Part shown: positions 61,529 through 64,000 of the stretch, piece by piece
How positions within the stretch are numbered: position 1 is the stretch's first letter
How the letters are laid out: every line of letters starts with the position of its first letter
NCBI GenBank assembly: GCA_038148515.1
Contig: JAYQVP010000002.1
Span: 92,102 to 156,101 of the forward strand
Reading direction: 5' to 3'
Length of the DNA: 64,000 nucleotides
From: Poseidonia sp.
Lineage (GTDB): Archaea; Thermoplasmatota; Poseidoniia; Poseidoniales; Poseidoniaceae
Notes under the pieces: generated by a model
The model's input: the letters and a program-made list of their open reading frames with translations, nothing else
What the model was told of the DNA's origin: nothing
Database searches by the model: none
Program-made: the position numbers and the translations under genes

Positions 61529-62641
61529 ATGGGCGTACCACTCGATACCGTGCAGGCGTGGCTCAAGGCATACGACCCAGCGTCCATCACCATTGGTGTT
61601 GTTGCATCCCATTCTTCACTGCAGATTCTCCACGGTGCGCGACAAGAAGGGTTCCGAACGTTGGGAATTGCCGTGGGTGAAAATCGTCGCCGCTTCTACA
61701 AGGCCTTTCCAGGAGCCGACCCTGACGAGTGGTTGATGCTCGAAGACTACCGAGAGATGCTCGACCATGCCGAATGGTTTCGCCAAAAGAATGTCATCAT
61801 CGTCCCCCACGGCTCGCTGGTTGAGTACCTTGGAGCGAACAACTTCCGAACCCTTGAGGTGCCGACCTTCGGAAACCGGAACATCTTGCATTGGGAAAGC
61901 AGTCGAGCCCTCCAGCGAGAATGGTTGGAAGACGGTGGTTGCACCATGCCGCAGGTCATCGAAGACCCCCACAACATCGCAGGCCCCGTGATCGTCAAGT
62001 ACGCCGGTGCGAAAGGTGGCCGAGGCTACTTCATCGCCAGGGATTATCGAGACTTCCGCCGAAACGTGGACATTGAAGAGGAGTTCACCATCCAAGAGTA
62101 TGTCCTGGGTTGTCGCTACTATTTGCATTTCTTTTTCGACCCGACCGCTGATGATGGATTTCAAGTTCAAGGACGTGGTGCGCACGCTGGGAAAAATCTC
62201 GGACGGCTTGAATTGCTGTCCATGGACCGAAGGGACGAAAGCAACGTGGATGAATTCTACAAACTCGGTTCGTTGCGAGATTTGCGTGAAATGTCGCTTG
62301 AACCCTCGTTTGTCGTGACGGGTAACCAACCCGTTGTCATCCGCGAATCCCTGCTGCCTCGGGCCTTTGAACTGGCTGAGGGAACCGTGGCCGCCTCATA
62401 CAACCTCGAGGAAGGATCACGGGGCATGCTTGGCCCGTTCTGTTTGGAGACCATTGTGACGGACCAATTGGAGTTCAAGGTCTTCGAAATCAGTGCTCGG
62501 ATCGTGGCAGGCTCCAATCCGTTCATCGGCGGCTCCCCCTACTCCGACATCAACGAACGGTTCATGTCAACCGGGCGCCGGATTGCTCGTTCCATCAAGA
62601 AGGCGATTGAAGCTGACCGCTTGGACGAGATCGTTTCGTGA
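61529..62641 (+). CDS. purP: PurP family formate--AICAR ligase
   Basis: SHSSLQI..GA..EGF, PHGS, AKGGRGYF, GPFCLE, FEISARIVAG. Confidence 0.9.
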   Translation: MGVPLDTVQAWLKAYDPASITIGVVASHSSLQILHGARQEGFRTLGIAVGENRRRFYKAFPGADPDEWLMLEDYREMLDHAEWFRQKNVIIVPHGSLVEYLGANNFRTLEVPTFGNRNILHWESSRALQREWLEDGGCTMPQVIEDPHNIAGPVIVKYAGAKGGRGYFIARDYRDFRRNVDIEEEFTIQEYVLGCRYYLHFFFDPTADDGFQVQGRGAHAGKNLGRLELLSMDRRDESNVDEFYKLGSLRDLREMSLEPSFVVTGNQPVVIRESLLPRAFELAEGTVAASYNLEEGSRGMLGPFCLETIVTDQLEFKVFEISARIVAGSNPFIGGSPYSDINERFMSTGRRIARSIKKAIEADRLDEIVS

Positions 62642-64000
62642 TCAATTCTCATCGCCCATCATGGCGTCAAGGTCAGGGGCTTCTGGGATGGCATCCACAT
62701 CCGAGGATTCGTCAACCACTTCAGTTTCTGTCTGCATGTTCGCCTGTGCCCGAGCGAGTTCCTCTTCGAGAGCGCGGCGGGATGCAGCACGCTCTTCGGG
62801 GGAGGGTAGAGTGAATTCTGCAACCATCATGATGGGGTCTCCGCTGGACAGTTCGCCGTTGTATTCACGCGCATCGTCGCCTTGGTTCACAATGACCTGG
62901 AATTTGGTTGGGTCCTTGCTTTTCCGCTTTTGGTGCTTTTTGTAGTGGTGAACGTAAACTTGGTATGTACCGGCAGGAGCTTTGCCTTCTTCCCAGAAGA
63001 CGTTTTCAACGGGCTTTCGGGTCTCGGCGCGAACGTTGGCATCAACGTCCAACTCGCCACCGCAAGCCGACTTCTTGTTTCCTCCGTGAATGCGCTCACC
63101 GGAAGGACACACGACATGGAGGTCCAAGTCGTTGTAGTTGTTCCACATCAAGGAGATTTGAACATCGGAGGATTGAGCACCTTCGCGTTCCAGTCGAGCC
63201 TTCAGTTCAGCCATAGCTTGTTGGGCTGCGGCACGGGATTCCAACAATTCCTGTTCCCTTGCGGCCTCAATTTCCGCTTGCCGTTGTTCCTCTGCCGCTT
63301 TCAGTTCGGCTTGGCGTTGTTCCTCGGCCGCTTCCATTTCCTCAGCGTCAGGGAGTTCACCACCGGCTTGCAGAAGTTCTGCCTCGAGTTCGCGCCGTCG
63401 GCGTGCTCGCTCTTCGGGTGATGGCAAGTTGAATTCGGCCACCATCATGATGGGGTCGCCGGCATTGAGTTCACCGTTGTATTCGAAGGCGTCCCCGCCT
63501 TGGTTCACGATGACCTGGAATTTGGTCGGATCCTTGCTCTTTCGCTTCTTGTGTTTCTTGTAATAGTGAACGTACACCTGATATTTACCAGCTGGGGCTT
63601 TGCCTTCTTCCCAAAACACGTTTTCAACCGGCTTCCGGGTCTCTGCGCGCACGTTGGCATCAACGTCCAACTCGCCACCACAGGCCGACTTCTTGTTGCC
63701 ACCGTGGATGCGTTCGCCGGAGGGGCACAGGACGTGGAGGTCCAAATCATTGTAGTTGTTCCACATCAAGGAGATTTGTACATCCGACGATTGCGCGCCC
63801 TCTCGTTCCAAACGAGCCCGTAGTTCAGCCATGGCGCGTTGAGCGGCAGCGCGTGACTCAAGCATCTCTTGTTCTTTGGCCGCTTCAATTTCGGCCAGAC
63901 GTTCTTCTTCTGCAGCTTGTAGTTCGGCCTGACGATTGGCTTCAAGTTCAGCGGCGAGACGCGCTTCTTCTTCTTCACGCTCCAACGCCCGCCGGGCGTC
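62642..64000 (-). CDS. Protein with tandem YfaP/DUF2135-like domains and coiled-coil spacers (start lies outside the window)
   Basis: Two copies of ISLMWNNYNDLDLHV...GELDVD...ENVFW...GxYQVYVH; frame stays open to 64000. Confidence 0.8.
   Translation of the reverse strand, partial: DARRALEREEEEARLAAELEANRQAELQAAEEERLAEIEAAKEQEMLESRAAAQRAMAELRARLEREGAQSSDVQISLMWNNYNDLDLHVLCPSGERIHGGNKKSACGGELDVDANVRAETRKPVENVFWEEGKAPAGKYQVYVHYYKKHKKRKSKDPTKFQVIVNQGGDAFEYNGELNAGDPIMMVAEFNLPSPEERARRRRELEAELLQAGGELPDAEEMEAAEEQRQAELKAAEEQRQAEIEAAREQELLESRAAAQQAMAELKARLEREGAQSSDVQISLMWNNYNDLDLHVVCPSGERIHGGNKKSACGGELDVDANVRAETRKPVENVFWEEGKAPAGTYQVYVHHYKKHQKRKSKDPTKFQVIVNQGDDAREYNGELSSGDPIMMVAEFTLPSPEERAASRRALEEELARAQANMQTETEVVDESSDVDAIPEAPDLDAMMGDEN
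62790..63920 (-). repeat. Intragenic tandem duplication, 618-bp period
   Basis: CCATCATGATGGGGTC at 62824 and 63442; CCACATCAAGGAGATTTG at 63143 and 63761. Ends are approximate. Confidence 0.85.

Overview
Gene-dense archaeal chromosomal segment with no mobile element or CRISPR array. The gene set (A-type ATP synthase operon, rps6e/aIF-2gamma, Dph2, Cdc6, RpoK, PurP, smc-scpA-scpB, class II HMG-CoA reductase, heme A synthesis, tryptophan dioxygenase, many secreted PKD/peptidase proteins) suggests a Marine Group II euryarchaeote (Poseidoniales); this taxonomy is inferred. About 55 CDS and one tRNA-Ser(GCT). Most unusual items: (1) a symmetric, partly 11-bp-phased TAACG/CGTTA motif array at 26492-26592, directly upstream of an operon encoding a catalytically degenerate AAA+/winged-helix protein, a beta-propeller protein and DUF357, divergent from HMG-CoA reductase and about 1.4 kb from the condensin operon; (2) a membrane-anchored SMR-like domain keeping DxH and GxG motifs; (3) a KaiC-like triad (one intact, two degenerate) between a pilin-like gene and the ATP synthase operon; (4) several apparent pseudo-enzymes or truncated enzymes (GcvH without the lipoyl Lys, M50 without zinc ligands, a minimal SerK-like protein); (5) a bacterial-type class II CCA-adding enzyme. 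All calls are by motif recognition; no searches were run, and several starts were moved by eye to a more likely downstream codon.
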